Below, piece after piece: positions 10,014-20,457 of a stretch of DNA of 64,000 nucleotides. Origin of the DNA: a virus (taxonomy: Duplodnaviria; Caudoviricetes); IMG/VR virus record IMGVR_UViG_3300020576_005251, positions 64,001-128,000 of that record, one strand, 5' to 3'. Within the stretch, counting starts at the first letter, position 1; every line of letters begins with the position of its first letter. Below the pieces are notes generated by a model, which did not search any database, was not told the DNA's origin, and saw nothing but the letters and a program-made list of their open reading frames with translations. The position numbers and the translations under genes are program-made.

Positions 10014-10981
10014 ACCTCGAACCCATCCTCGACTGCGTGCTCACGAAGTGGGCTTCGGATCCGAGCGGCATCAACTCAGACGTGCGTGAGGGGCTCTGCG
10101 CGTCGCTCGTCGGCGCCACCCTGGTGGACGGAGCCATCTCGAAGATGGCCTCTCTCGGCCAGATTACGGCGGACGAAGCCAACTACCTCGTGCAGCTTCA
10201 CACCGAATCGGTGCGTGGTGAGATCGGCGCGCTGACCAAGAGTGCGGGAGTCCCCGAGTGGCTGGGCAACGCGTTGACCGCGCCGCTCCGCCACCCCACG
10301 GCAACGGGTGCCGTGGCTGGCGCCATCGGTGGCGGCGCGCTTGGTGCGTGGAAGGACGATGAGAACCCGCTGCGTGGCGCGGCGCTCTACGCCCTGCCTG
10401 GAGCGGCCCTGGGCGCGGTGAGCGGCAACGTGGCGGGTGATCTCGCCAAGGAGTGGCTCCACCACCGCGCCATGAAGGACATGTCCGGTGTCGAAGAGGC
10501 GAGGAAGCTCGTGCCGGATGCGATCGAGCTGGCGCGGGCCCGTCTGCGTGCGAACAAGGCGCGGCGGGAGCTCGGCGCTTTCCACGAACAGCACACCGCA
10601 CAGCGTGCGGGAATGCGGCAGTTTGCGGAGAGTGTCGAGGGGCGCGAGGCCGCGAGAGCGGCTGCGGCGGCGAACGAGTTCAAACGAGACAGCGGCATCG
10701 CAGAGGCGATGAACGCGCGTTTGCAGGATGCCAAGCGGTGGCACTCCTCTCTCGCGGACACCGCACAGATGGCGATGACACATCACAGCGATCCGAAGAT
10801 GCGCGACTTCGCTCAGCGGTACTACGACACACTCGTGGCTCGTAAGGATCAGGTCATTCAGCAAGCGTTCGATCGTCCTGGGCTTCACCTTCAAGACATC
10901 CTGAACGATCACTTCAACGAGCTCCCGCTCTTGAACGACTTCCACCGCATGGCCACCACCTACCACCGTAGCGGGGGCTGA
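10010..10981 (+). CDS. Putative internal head protein with glycine-zipper hairpin
   Basis: TKWAS, SKMAS and TKSAG motifs; GAVAGAIGGGALG-DDENP-ALPGAALG hydrophobic hairpin. Confidence 0.6.
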   Translation: MNLEPILDCVLTKWASDPSGINSDVREGLCASLVGATLVDGAISKMASLGQITADEANYLVQLHTESVRGEIGALTKSAGVPEWLGNALTAPLRHPTATGAVAGAIGGGALGAWKDDENPLRGAALYALPGAALGAVSGNVAGDLAKEWLHHRAMKDMSGVEEARKLVPDAIELARARLRANKARRELGAFHEQHTAQRAGMRQFAESVEGREAARAAAAANEFKRDSGIAEAMNARLQDAKRWHSSLADTAQMAMTHHSDPKMRDFAQRYYDTLVARKDQVIQQAFDRPGLHLQDILNDHFNELPLLNDFHRMATTYHRSGG

Positions 10982-10983
10982 CC

Positions 10984-12693
10984 GTGTACAAGCGCATCGA
11001 GTTCGACCCGTACTTCCCGAAGACCGGCGAGGCGACCATTCAGCTCGCTGCGTTCCCCAACCGGCGTGGCGGGATGTCGATCGAGAAGCGGGCGTTCGCT
11101 CAGAGCGAGAGCCCCCTGTACGGCGTATTGGACACGATTCGCCCTGAAGTCGGTGTGACCTACCTGCTGGTGAACGCTCTCAGCGCGTGGGAGTACTACG
11201 ACGACAACAAGAACGGGGACGGCTTCAACGAGCGTCCGTACCGCGTCGGGGTGCGCGCATCGTGCGGGCACCCGGACTGCACGAAGACACTCGATGGGTG
11301 GATCGCGGAGCACGAGCTCGTCACGAAGCACTACCACACCTTCGAGGAGCACGGCGGGATCTACGTCCACCACAAGAACCAGGACAAGTCCAAGTCGCGG
11401 GGCAAGGTCGTCAAGTCGATCTGGAACCCGAAGATGCACCGTAACGAGCTGCTGCTCCGGTACGTCAATGACCGGGGTGTAGAGATCGTCGATCGCGTGG
11501 CGTCGGGCGACTTCCCGGCTGTGTCAATGGGCACGCATGTGAAGTGGGATGTCTGCACGATCTGCGGACACCGAGCAGCCACGCGCGCGCAGTACTGCGA
11601 TCACGCGCGCAACCACCTGCGCAAGATCCTGGGGGACGGGAGGAAGGTTTCAGTCCTGAACCCATCCCCTCGGTTCTTCGACATCTCCATGGTCATCAAG
11701 CCCGCCGACCCCACCGGCTGGACCTTGATGAAGGTAGCAGAGGACCTCGCGTACGCCGTATCGAGCGCCGAGCTCGGCGAGCAGTGGCAGCAGGCCCAGC
11801 GTGTCTCGGAGACCTTCCACAAGGTCGCTGAGGAGATCGGGTCTGCCTGGGCAAACCCCACGAGCTTCATCGGCCACTTCGCGCGGCAGGCCCATTCAGC
11901 AGGGGTTGAGCCCTTCCCCGCCCAGGGCACGATCTACCGCTTCGCGGCAGAGAAGCTCGGGCTGGACCTCAGCGAGCAGCACATCGATCGGCTGGTGTTG
12001 GCGACGCCTGCGCTGACTGCGATCCTCGGCACCTACCCCGAGGAGATCCAGAAGGTGGCGAGCGAGATCCATCACGTCATGCGCCAGCAGGCGTACGAGC
12101 CGAGCGCCGACTTCCCCGACTTCGGCATCGGACCGGGCGCGGCCTACAGGGCGGCGGAGCCCCCGCGCACGGACATGCTGACTGTGACCGACCCGTACAC
12201 GGGTCACGTCTACCAGACCACGCGCGGCACCGCGATGGACGCGTCGCGGGCGGACGTGAAGGACCGGCTCCTTCGTACAGGACTCTTTGGAGGCTTGTAC
12301 GCGGCGGGCCTGCACTTGGGTCTGAAGGGTGGTCTCGGTCTCTGGAGTGTGCCTGCGGGGCTCGCGCTCGGCGCCAGCACCGACCGCTTCCTGCGTCGGT
12401 CTTCTCCGCCCTACCGGAACCCGCTCTACCAGACCGACCAGGGCATCCCCGTCTCGGGCGGCACCGAGTTCAAGCAGGCGTCGGCCTGGGCCGCGAAGCT
12501 CGCGGAAGACCTCCACGAGCGCTCGGGCGACGGGCGGATCGAGTCGATCCTGCGTCGCACATCCTTCACGTTTCAGAAGTGGGCTTCGCTCCCCGTGTCC
12601 GAGCAGGTAGACTACCTGCTGTCCAATGAGGGCAGCGCCCCTCTGAACGCCTCCACGCTCGCAGACAACCTGTACCGGCTCCTCACGAGCTGA
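10984..12693 (+). CDS. Prohead (head maturation) serine protease with Zn-finger insertion and C-terminal extension
   Basis: NxNGDGF, IYVHH, AVSMGTHVKWDVCTICGH…YCDH and FFDISMVIKPAD motifs resemble HK97/assemblin-type phage prohead proteases; lies upstream of scaffold-like and capsid genes. Confidence 0.75.
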   Translation: MYKRIEFDPYFPKTGEATIQLAAFPNRRGGMSIEKRAFAQSESPLYGVLDTIRPEVGVTYLLVNALSAWEYYDDNKNGDGFNERPYRVGVRASCGHPDCTKTLDGWIAEHELVTKHYHTFEEHGGIYVHHKNQDKSKSRGKVVKSIWNPKMHRNELLLRYVNDRGVEIVDRVASGDFPAVSMGTHVKWDVCTICGHRAATRAQYCDHARNHLRKILGDGRKVSVLNPSPRFFDISMVIKPADPTGWTLMKVAEDLAYAVSSAELGEQWQQAQRVSETFHKVAEEIGSAWANPTSFIGHFARQAHSAGVEPFPAQGTIYRFAAEKLGLDLSEQHIDRLVLATPALTAILGTYPEEIQKVASEIHHVMRQQAYEPSADFPDFGIGPGAAYRAAEPPRTDMLTVTDPYTGHVYQTTRGTAMDASRADVKDRLLRTGLFGGLYAAGLHLGLKGGLGLWSVPAGLALGASTDRFLRRSSPPYRNPLYQTDQGIPVSGGTEFKQASAWAAKLAEDLHERSGDGRIESILRRTSFTFQKWASLPVSEQVDYLLSNEGSAPLNASTLADNLYRLLTS

Positions 12694-12711
12694 CTACCCT
12701 TCGGAGAGACC

Positions 12712-13155
12712 ATGCGAATCAACGAACTGTTCGGCCAGACCGCCCCCGCGACCCCCAGCGCCGCGCCCGCGACGACGAAGGTGGCCTCGGACAACACCAA
12801 CGCCGCGATCAAGGCCGCTGTCGCGGAGGCCCTCGCGTCAAACGAGAAGACGGCCTCCGAGGGCTCCGCGCCTGAGGTCACGCTGCTCAAGCTCGCCCAG
12901 GACCTCGCCGCCCGCGAGAAGCTGGCGGACGTGAACCACGGCTACCGCGTGGGTGAGGCGATGTCGCGCGGCTTCCTCGACGGGATCGCCCGCGCCGAGA
13001 AGATCGCGGCGGCGCAGGAGGAGGGCGCCGCCAAGCTCGCCGCCGAGCAGGACGCCGCGTACCAGCGTGGCAGCGCCGAGGTGCTCAACGCCGCCCGCGA
13101 GCGTGGGGCGGAGCACTACCTCGTGGGCTACTCGATGTTCGAGGGCATGGTCTGA
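12712..13155 (+). CDS. Scaffold-like helical protein
   Basis: Ala/Glu-rich; at least six K-x-A motifs (KVAS, KTAS, KLAQ, KLAD, KIAA, KLAA); between protease and capsid genes. Confidence 0.55.
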   Translation: MRINELFGQTAPATPSAAPATTKVASDNTNAAIKAAVAEALASNEKTASEGSAPEVTLLKLAQDLAAREKLADVNHGYRVGEAMSRGFLDGIARAEKIAAAQEEGAAKLAAEQDAAYQRGSAEVLNAARERGAEHYLVGYSMFEGMV

Positions 13156-13340
13156 TGCTCCTGCCCCAGCAAGCGCGCGGCCTGATCAACCTCTACGTCG
13201 CGCTGCGAAAAGAGGCGTACGAGCAGGTGGCCCCGCAGGTAGGCGACTACTTCGCGCGCTGCCGGGCCAAGGTCGCGTCCGCCTCGGACGCTACAACGGA
13301 CCTCCCCTACTCGATCGCCGCGCACCTGAGGACGCCATGA
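13155..13340 (+). CDS. Small hypothetical head protein
   Basis: TGATG coupling; RKEAY and AKVAS motifs. Confidence 0.55.
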   Translation: MLLPQQARGLINLYVALRKEAYEQVAPQVGDYFARCRAKVASASDATTDLPYSIAAHLRTP

Positions 13341-13717
13341 GCTCACTCCTCCGAACCCTCGCCCGAATCAACGGCGCCCCGCAGGCGAAGGTCGCGCACG
13401 CCGCACCTGCGCCCGCTGCGGCTCCATCCGACGGCCTCCCCCAGCTGATCAAGCAGGCGTCAGAGCTTCTCCGCAACGCGCCCCCTGTGGACGTTCGCAA
13501 CGAGGACCTGTACGCCGTATTGAAGGTCGCGGAGGCGCCTGTCGAGCTTCCGGCGCCTCCGTCCGGCGACACTGGACCGGACCAGCTCCGCAAGCTGGCG
13601 CACGCGCTCCGCGTCGTGGAACTCCAGCGCCAGGAGCTGCGCATGGAGAAGGCCGCGCACATGCTGCTGGCTACGCGCAGCCTTACCCTACTGGACGAGC
13701 AGACGAGGAGCCGATGA
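13337..13717 (+). CDS. Small head/scaffold-region protein
   Basis: ATGA overlap and GAGG RBS place the start at 13337, not 12953; KVAH, KQAS, KVAE, KLAH, KAAH motifs. Confidence 0.6.
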   Translation: MSSLLRTLARINGAPQAKVAHAAPAPAAAPSDGLPQLIKQASELLRNAPPVDVRNEDLYAVLKVAEAPVELPAPPSGDTGPDQLRKLAHALRVVELQRQELRMEKAAHMLLATRSLTLLDEQTRSR

Positions 13718-14064
13718 ACCTCACGAAGATCGCCGCAGCCCTGGACCTGATCGCAGACCATTGGCCCCCTTCCACCCCGAGCGTCGAGGCACCTGCCGAC
13801 GACGTACAGCTCGCGCTCCAGAGCAGCCTGGGCGAGCGCTACACCCCGGACCTCGGGGAGAAGATCGCGGCCGACCCGGACCTGAAGGACCTCATCCTCA
13901 GCAAGGTCGCCGCTGCGGAGCCCCAGACTCCGCGCCCCTTCGGCGTGCCCGTCGAGCGCCCCGACGTGCGATCCGTGCCGCAGGGGAAGGCCGCTTCCGT
14001 GGCCGATGCGCTCTCGCAGTGGGGTGATGATCTCTTCGAGCTCTCGGCAACAACCCGTCGCTGA
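13714..14064 (+). CDS. Small head-region protein
   Basis: GAGGAG RBS; ATGA overlap; MNLTKIAA start. Confidence 0.6.
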   Translation: MNLTKIAAALDLIADHWPPSTPSVEAPADDVQLALQSSLGERYTPDLGEKIAADPDLKDLILSKVAAAEPQTPRPFGVPVERPDVRSVPQGKAASVADALSQWGDDLFELSATTRR

Positions 14065-14091
14065 CTACTGTTTTCTCAAGGAGCCCTGACC

Positions 14092-14616
14092 ATGCAGTTT
14101 CGCGCCCGCTACAAGACCCGCACCGAGACCCCGAAGGACGCGCTGTACGCGTGTCTGGGTCTCTCCGCCCAGCTGACCCAGGAAGCCGCCAACGGGATGG
14201 AAGCGGGCACCGGCCCCGGCACCCCCGACGCCTACGGTTTTCCGACGCTGGGCACCATCGAGCCCGGCCATCTCGTCGAGATGGACACCTCCGGCAACTG
14301 GATCCTCGCGACCTCGCCGAAGGTCACGGGCTCCAGCAACGCCCTGCCGAAGGCGATCTTCTTCGTGCACCAGGGCACCAGCGAGGACCAGGGCGCGATC
14401 GTCGGCAAGCCCGTGGCCCTTCGCGGCGCGGCCCGCTTCGTCACGCCCAAGGTGAACGGCAGCTCCTTCACGATCGGAGCGCCCCTCATCGCGGTGAACG
14501 GGAACTACCAGATCAAGGTCCTCGACGACGGCCTCCAGGTCGTCGGCTTCGTGGGCCCGACCGGCTTCAACGACGGCCTCCTCGACGTGCTCAGCGAGGC
14601 GGCGACCTGGGGCTGA
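14092..14616 (+). CDS. Putative capsid decoration/cement protein
   Basis: 174 aa, beta-rich and Gly-rich, immediately upstream of the capsid gene; AAGGAG RBS. Confidence 0.55.
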   Translation: MQFRARYKTRTETPKDALYACLGLSAQLTQEAANGMEAGTGPGTPDAYGFPTLGTIEPGHLVEMDTSGNWILATSPKVTGSSNALPKAIFFVHQGTSEDQGAIVGKPVALRGAARFVTPKVNGSSFTIGAPLIAVNGNYQIKVLDDGLQVVGFVGPTGFNDGLLDVLSEAATWG

Positions 14617-14672
14617 GACCCCGCAACCCCAAGAGCTGACCCAGAGCAAGAACAAGGAACAGGAGACCCAAG

Positions 14673-15605
14673 ATGTCCTTCTCGATCGAAACCCCCACGA
14701 CCGACGTTCAGGCGGTGAACCAAGTGTTCTTCGACCTGCTGGAACGCGGCATGGACAAGCAGGCGGCGGAGTCGGGCAACCGACTGATCCGCACCGTCGT
14801 TCGCCAGGAGGCGAACGTGCGCTCCCTCTACAACGTCACGCCCGTCGGCCCGGGGGATCTCGATCAGCATCCCACCTCCGACCAGCCGATGAAGTACCTC
14901 GACGTGGAGCCCAACAGCGAGGCGTCGGCGGTGCAGTTCTACGCCACGCCCGAGGCGGAGTCCTACACGCTGTCACGCGTGCCGGGCTTCTTCCAGATGC
15001 TCCAGTCGAAGGAGTTCTACAAGAACAAGTTCGAGCTGATGACGAACCGCAACGACGTGCGGCAGATCCTCGCCGAGAACTCGACGAAGGACGTGGGCGA
15101 TCAGGAGGACGTGGCGTGGCGTCGTGGTGCGCTGATCCACATCAAGCGCAACCCCACGGTGCAGCGTTCGACCTTCGCGTCGCTGACGCCCACCGCGTGG
15201 AAGAGCGCGATGCAAGCCGTCGTCGATCGGCGTCAGCCGGTGGGCAAGGGCCTCCTCGCGGAGTCCCGGTACATGGACATGATGGACCAGCCCGCCACCG
15301 TCGTGGGCGAGTCGATCGCGCGGCGCCACTACGAGGAGGGGATCAAGAACGAGAAGGGCCTGCTCGGGCTCCCGGTCGTCACCTCGGTGAAGACCGACAT
15401 CTACCTCAAGGACGAGGCGTGGATCGTTCCCCCCGAGGAGTTCATGGGCGCCTTCTGGACGCTCCAGGACGCGACGCTCTTCGTGGAGCAGCGCGGCCCC
15501 ATGATCCGCTTCTACGTCTACGAGTCGATCTGCATCGTGTTCGCGCGCGGCAACGCCCTCCAGCAGATCCACTTCAACGGCCAGCCCAACGGCGGTCTCG
15601 TCTGA
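14673..15605 (+). CDS. Major capsid protein (putative, HK97-fold)
   Basis: 310 aa; strong GC3 codon bias; AGGAG RBS; position after protease/scaffold/decoration genes and before neck and sheath genes. Confidence 0.72.
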   Translation: MSFSIETPTTDVQAVNQVFFDLLERGMDKQAAESGNRLIRTVVRQEANVRSLYNVTPVGPGDLDQHPTSDQPMKYLDVEPNSEASAVQFYATPEAESYTLSRVPGFFQMLQSKEFYKNKFELMTNRNDVRQILAENSTKDVGDQEDVAWRRGALIHIKRNPTVQRSTFASLTPTAWKSAMQAVVDRRQPVGKGLLAESRYMDMMDQPATVVGESIARRHYEEGIKNEKGLLGLPVVTSVKTDIYLKDEAWIVPPEEFMGAFWTLQDATLFVEQRGPMIRFYVYESICIVFARGNALQQIHFNGQPNGGLV

Positions 15606-15624
15606 TAGAGCCTACCCTTCCTGG

Positions 15625-15921
15625 GTGAGGCTCCTCCTCCACAAGCTCGCCGCTCACGCGCACGACCGCATGGTCGAACGCACTCCATTCCCCAGGTCCC
15701 ACGTTGACGAGCTCCAGCGCTCGGTCGACGCCTTGGGGTTGGACCCTGGCACCTACCACCTCCCCCTGCGGCATCGCGACGGCACCGTCCTGGGCTACGC
15801 CCAGTTCAAGGCTGTGCCAGAGCGGAGGGCGCCGGTCCTGGCGACCGTCCTAGGGCCTACGATGAAGCCTGGGGGATTCGACATCGAAGATCTCCTGCGA
15901 GGAGGGGTCCATGCGCGTTGA
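15625..15921 (+). CDS. Small hypothetical protein
   Basis: TACCCT-N6-GTG start; N-terminal MRLLLHKLAA. Confidence 0.55.
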   Translation: MRLLLHKLAAHAHDRMVERTPFPRSHVDELQRSVDALGLDPGTYHLPLRHRDGTVLGYAQFKAVPERRAPVLATVLGPTMKPGGFDIEDLLRGGVHAR

Positions 15922-16747
15922 GGTCACTCAAGTCATCTCCGTGTTTCCCCGGGGCGTGTTCCTCCAGTGGACGCTTCGTGACGCAACCGAGTCGGGCGCT
16001 TATCTGGCGACCGTCGAGCGTTCTGGGAGCGCAGAAGGGCCGTGGGAGGTCATCCTCCCGCCCACGGCAGATCAATACGCCGTACGGGACGCGCTCGACC
16101 AAGCCCCGACCACCCCCTCCTACTTGTCTCCGAACCAGCTGACGCTGATGGATCGCCTCCACTACCGGATCCGCGTGAAGACGCCGAGCGGTCGTGAGCT
16201 CTCCTGCGTCACCGACACCAACGCAGCGACACCCAACCCAACGCCTGCGGCCTCCAAGATGCTCCAGCACAAGCGGCACATCCAGCTGGAGTTCACCAAG
16301 AGCCTGCGATACCTCGGGACCCCGGTGCTCCTGTACAAGCGGAGGCGATGGGGCGTCCGGTGTTCCCGCTGCGTAGACCCGCGCACCAACAAGGTCGTGC
16401 GCGCGGACTGTCGCGCTTGCTGGGGCACAGGGTTCGAAGGCGGCTACTGGACGCCGTACCCCACGGAGGCGGTGCGCAGCTCGCTGGAAAGCAGCGTCAC
16501 CCCGACGAGCGACAAGAAGGCGGAGGGGGCCTCGACGAACGTGATCCTCCCGGTCTACCCCGCAGCGGAGCCAGACGATGTCCTGGTCTGTCTCGAAGAT
16601 CAGAAGCGCTTCGTGATCCAGTCCCAGGTGCAGTCCGAGATCCGGTTGCGCGGTGTCGTGCAGACACTCGGGGCCTTGGAACTCAGCCGAGATCACGTAC
16701 TCTTCTCCTTGAACGCACAGCCCCTCACCGTTCCGCCGCTGTACTGA
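15911..16747 (+). CDS. Putative neck/head-completion protein with Zn-binding CxxC…CxxCWGTGF
   Basis: GGAGG RBS; CSRC…CRACWGTGFEGGY; lies between capsid and sheath genes. Confidence 0.55.
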   Translation: MRVEVTQVISVFPRGVFLQWTLRDATESGAYLATVERSGSAEGPWEVILPPTADQYAVRDALDQAPTTPSYLSPNQLTLMDRLHYRIRVKTPSGRELSCVTDTNAATPNPTPAASKMLQHKRHIQLEFTKSLRYLGTPVLLYKRRRWGVRCSRCVDPRTNKVVRADCRACWGTGFEGGYWTPYPTEAVRSSLESSVTPTSDKKAEGASTNVILPVYPAAEPDDVLVCLEDQKRFVIQSQVQSEIRLRGVVQTLGALELSRDHVLFSLNAQPLTVPPLY

Positions 16748-16748
16748 G

Positions 16749-17486
16749 ATGACCCCTGGCGAGAGCTTCCACGGACTCCCACGACTCGCAGATCAGCACC
16801 CGGACGTGTTCCCGGGTTCGCCCACGGCGCTGATCGCGGTCTTCTGTGCGATCGTCCAGGCGCGCTTCTACCGCCAAGGTGGAGCGCCTCCACTCCCGTG
16901 GTTCTGGTCCATGGACGGCACTCCGCGTGAGGACGACAGCGGGGGCCTGCCCGGAGACACGCCCGAGGACGCGCGCGAGGGCCGACGGATCGAGATCGCA
17001 CCTGCGACGCAAGAGCACCCCGACCAGCGAAACAACTACCCTGCGTTGCTAGTCAGTCGCAGCCCCCTCGTCTACCGGAGTCTCGGGACTCGGCGCACCG
17101 TGCATGAGGAGCACCCCTTCCGCGCGCAGATGTTGATGTGTCACGCGACTACGAACATCACCATCCAGTGCCTCTCGCGCAACGATGGCGAGAGCGCCAA
17201 CCTCGCGGACCTCGTGGCCAGCTACCTGTACGGCAGCACCCAGGAGCTGACGGAAGAGTTCAACATCTACAACATCGGCGACCCGATCATCGGAGTCACC
17301 GACATCTACAAACGCCTCGGCAACGAGGTGCACGCGTGGCGCACCGACGTTCAAGTCGAAGTGACCATCACGTACAAGTGGTACAAGTACCCACTCGCAC
17401 CGATCCTGCGCGAGTTCCGCGCACGTCTGAGCGCTCGCGACGAGACTCGGGACCTCCGAGCCGTCCTCCTCACCAATCCCCCCTGA
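16749..17486 (+). CDS. Putative tail completion/terminator protein
   Basis: Position before sheath; YPALLVSR…ITIQCLSR…ESANLADLV pattern. Confidence 0.5.
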   Translation: MTPGESFHGLPRLADQHPDVFPGSPTALIAVFCAIVQARFYRQGGAPPLPWFWSMDGTPREDDSGGLPGDTPEDAREGRRIEIAPATQEHPDQRNNYPALLVSRSPLVYRSLGTRRTVHEEHPFRAQMLMCHATTNITIQCLSRNDGESANLADLVASYLYGSTQELTEEFNIYNIGDPIIGVTDIYKRLGNEVHAWRTDVQVEVTITYKWYKYPLAPILREFRARLSARDETRDLRAVLLTNPP

Positions 17487-17502
17487 CTACCCTTGAGGTG
17501 CC

Positions 17503-20457
17503 ATGTCGCTCAAGCCGCTGATTCTGATCTTCCAGGACCTCGTCCAGCCCACCTCGACCCCGGTCATCCCCGACCTGAACGCGGTGATCATCGGCCCTGC
17601 CTACGACATCTGGGATTACCTGGATGACGGAGCGGCGCTCCTGCTCAGTACGGCGTACGGGACCGAAGACGGGAGCGCCGCGAGCTACGTCCCCCCCACC
17701 AGCTCGGCCGAAGTGATCACGGTGAACGAGGGTGGGTATCCGCAGCAGTCGGCGGGCGCCCGCGTCGACACCGCGTCAGTGCGCGTCGCACTGCGCAACC
17801 CGCGAGTGGTTCTCGGGTCGACGCTCTCGACGCTGACCGACGCCCCCGTCCTGGGTGCAGGCGCCACCACCAGCAGCAGCGACCGGACGCTCGTCACGAT
17901 CACGACCCCTGCGATCGACTTCCTGGTCGCAGGAGTCCAGCCGGGGGATCGCATCCTCCTGACATCCTCAGCCGGGCAGGTGTGCGTGCGTACGGTCGCG
18001 AGCGTGGGGGAGCCCAACGGCGACGGACTGGTCGCGAGCGGCAACGAATCCAAGCTGCGCGTCAGCCAGGAACTCCCCGCCTCGGGGTCTGGAACGAGCG
18101 AGTGGACCTACAACTCGACCGGGGAGTTCCGCATCGAGCGAATCCTGACCACGCGCGGTCTGGAGTCGTCGCTCCCCATCACGTTCCCCGAGCCTGGGTC
18201 GACCAAGATGGTCATCAAGGGCGGAGTGACGCTCTCTCTCAACATCGCGCCGCGCCCTTCGGTGGCCACTCCGTCGCCGACGACGAGCGCTGTGACGCGC
18301 CCTGTGTCCTACGCCCAGGTCTACCTCAGCTACCGGGCCCTCCGGCAGGATCTCCAGCGGGTCAACTCGGCGGTGCCGAGCGACGAGGTGTCGGTCAACG
18401 GCATCCCCACGATCACGGGCCTGGGCAAGATCGACGCGCGCAACCCGCTCGCGGTGGGCGTGAAGCTCGCGCTGAACAACGGTGGGAACGTCCGGATCTA
18501 CTACTGGGGGGTGTCCTCGGATGACAGCACGGGCTACGCCAACGCGCGGGCGCGCATGGCCAGCCGTGGCGACCTCTATGTCTTCACGCTCCTGACCCAG
18601 GACATCAACATCATCGGCGCCTACAAGGCGGCGTTCGTGCAGCAAGCCGACCCCACCTACGCGCGTGACAAGGGGGTCCTCCAGCGCTTCCGCATGGTGC
18701 TCGGAAGCCTCGCACTTCCGACGGCCCTGACGCTCGTCCAGGACACCATCGTCGGCGTCGCGACCGCCGTGTCGGGCACCGCCACCGGGAAGTACCGCAC
18801 CTTCTCGATCGACGACGCATCGACGGGTGCCGGGCTGGGTGTGACCACGGTTCTCCCGGGTGACTTCATCACCTTCGGCCTCGCCGCTGCGGCTGGAAGC
18901 GACTGGGAGAACCGGCGCGGGACGCATCGCATCAGCCACGTGAACTCCTCGTTCGTGAGCTCGACCACGGCCACCAACCTGGAGCTCGTGCCGGGTTCCA
19001 CGCGCTGGGATGACACCGCTGCGGCGGCGGCGGACGATGTCGAGTTCGTTATCAAGGACGCGCTCGGCAACGTCAAGGCATCGAACTACAGCTCGGTGAC
19101 CATCGCCACGGGCACTGGGGGCACGCTCGGTTCCATCACGTACACCCGCAAGTCCGTCACGCCCGTGGGTGGACCCTACACCATCCGATACACCGCGAGT
19201 GGCGTCGCCAATGCGAACGCGTCGTTCAGCCTGAGTGGCTTCACGATCGTGATGACCCTGGGGTCTACGATCACGCACACGCAGCTCGCTGCCGCCGTGA
19301 CGGCAGACACAACGCTCTCCGCGCTCTTCACCGCAGTGGTGGCCAGTGGCGGATCTCAGGCGGTGATTCCGGCGTCGCAGGACCCTGCGGCTCCGGCCAG
19401 CGTCCTGCCTGAGTCGGGCACCTGCACGGCGGAGATCGTCGCCAACGACACGCTCTTCAACGACCTCGTGGACGCGTCGGCGACCTTCCTGTCGGACGGT
19501 GTCATCCCGGGTGACACGATCGAGATCCCGGTCGATCCGAACAACTACGCGCCCGACGCCTTCACGGGGCGTCTGCTCACCTACCGGGTGGCCTCGGTGC
19601 TCAGCGAGACTCGCTTGCGCATCGCGAACGGTGTCGATGATGACGTGACGGCGGCGCGCGAACTCCCGCACTACTACCTGCGGGACTTCTCGAACCGCCT
19701 GCTCGACAACGCGGCCCCGAACGCGATCAACTACCGCGTACGCCGTATGCTGACGGACGACGAGACCATCACCGCCGCGATCGCGCTGGCTCAGAGCCTC
19801 CGGTCGGCGCGCGCCACCATCGTGATGCCCGATCGCTGCCGTGTGAGCGACCTGCGCGACGGGTCTCTCACGCGTACCACCCCCTCGGTGCGCACCGCCG
19901 CTGGCATGCTCCCCGCCTACTACCTCGCCTGCTGCGTGGCAGGTGTGATCGCGGGCACGCCCAGCCAGATGGGCCTCACGAACGGCACCTTCCTGGGGAT
20001 CGACCGGCTGGAGAACGCGACGGACCGCTTCGACGAGGAGCAGCTCTCGCTGCTCAGCGACGGCGGGTTCTTCGTCTGCACCGTGGCCACTGAGGGCGCC
20101 CTGCCCGAGTGCCTCCACCAGCTGACGACCGACCCGACGACGCTGGAGACGGGTGAGGTCTCGGTGGTGAAGAACCTCGACTTCATCTCGACGGGTTACC
20201 AGACCCTGCTGAAGAGCTTCCTCGGGAAGTACAACGCCATCCCCGAGGCCCTCTCCGACATCCAGGAGGCGGTGGACAACTACGCGGCCCAGCTCAAGGG
20301 GCGCTACGTGGCGAACATCGGAGCGCCGCTCCTCTCCGGGCGGATGACTTCGCTCACCTACAGCCCGACCTCCCCGGACACGGCCGAGGCGTTCTTCGAG
20401 GTCGGCATCCCACGCCCTCTGAACAACATCGGCTTCCACCTCGTGGTCAAGCGCTGA
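17503..20457 (+). CDS. Contractile tail sheath protein with large insertions
   Basis: 984 aa, Thr/Ser/Ala/Gly-rich; C-terminal CLHQLTTD…EVSVVKNLDFI…FLGKYN…PLNNI sheath-like pattern; followed by a tube-like gene. Confidence 0.78.
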   Translation: MSLKPLILIFQDLVQPTSTPVIPDLNAVIIGPAYDIWDYLDDGAALLLSTAYGTEDGSAASYVPPTSSAEVITVNEGGYPQQSAGARVDTASVRVALRNPRVVLGSTLSTLTDAPVLGAGATTSSSDRTLVTITTPAIDFLVAGVQPGDRILLTSSAGQVCVRTVASVGEPNGDGLVASGNESKLRVSQELPASGSGTSEWTYNSTGEFRIERILTTRGLESSLPITFPEPGSTKMVIKGGVTLSLNIAPRPSVATPSPTTSAVTRPVSYAQVYLSYRALRQDLQRVNSAVPSDEVSVNGIPTITGLGKIDARNPLAVGVKLALNNGGNVRIYYWGVSSDDSTGYANARARMASRGDLYVFTLLTQDINIIGAYKAAFVQQADPTYARDKGVLQRFRMVLGSLALPTALTLVQDTIVGVATAVSGTATGKYRTFSIDDASTGAGLGVTTVLPGDFITFGLAAAAGSDWENRRGTHRISHVNSSFVSSTTATNLELVPGSTRWDDTAAAAADDVEFVIKDALGNVKASNYSSVTIATGTGGTLGSITYTRKSVTPVGGPYTIRYTASGVANANASFSLSGFTIVMTLGSTITHTQLAAAVTADTTLSALFTAVVASGGSQAVIPASQDPAAPASVLPESGTCTAEIVANDTLFNDLVDASATFLSDGVIPGDTIEIPVDPNNYAPDAFTGRLLTYRVASVLSETRLRIANGVDDDVTAARELPHYYLRDFSNRLLDNAAPNAINYRVRRMLTDDETITAAIALAQSLRSARATIVMPDRCRVSDLRDGSLTRTTPSVRTAAGMLPAYYLACCVAGVIAGTPSQMGLTNGTFLGIDRLENATDRFDEEQLSLLSDGGFFVCTVATEGALPECLHQLTTDPTTLETGEVSVVKNLDFISTGYQTLLKSFLGKYNAIPEALSDIQEAVDNYAAQLKGRYVANIGAPLLSGRMTSLTYSPTSPDTAEAFFEVGIPRPLNNIGFHLVVKR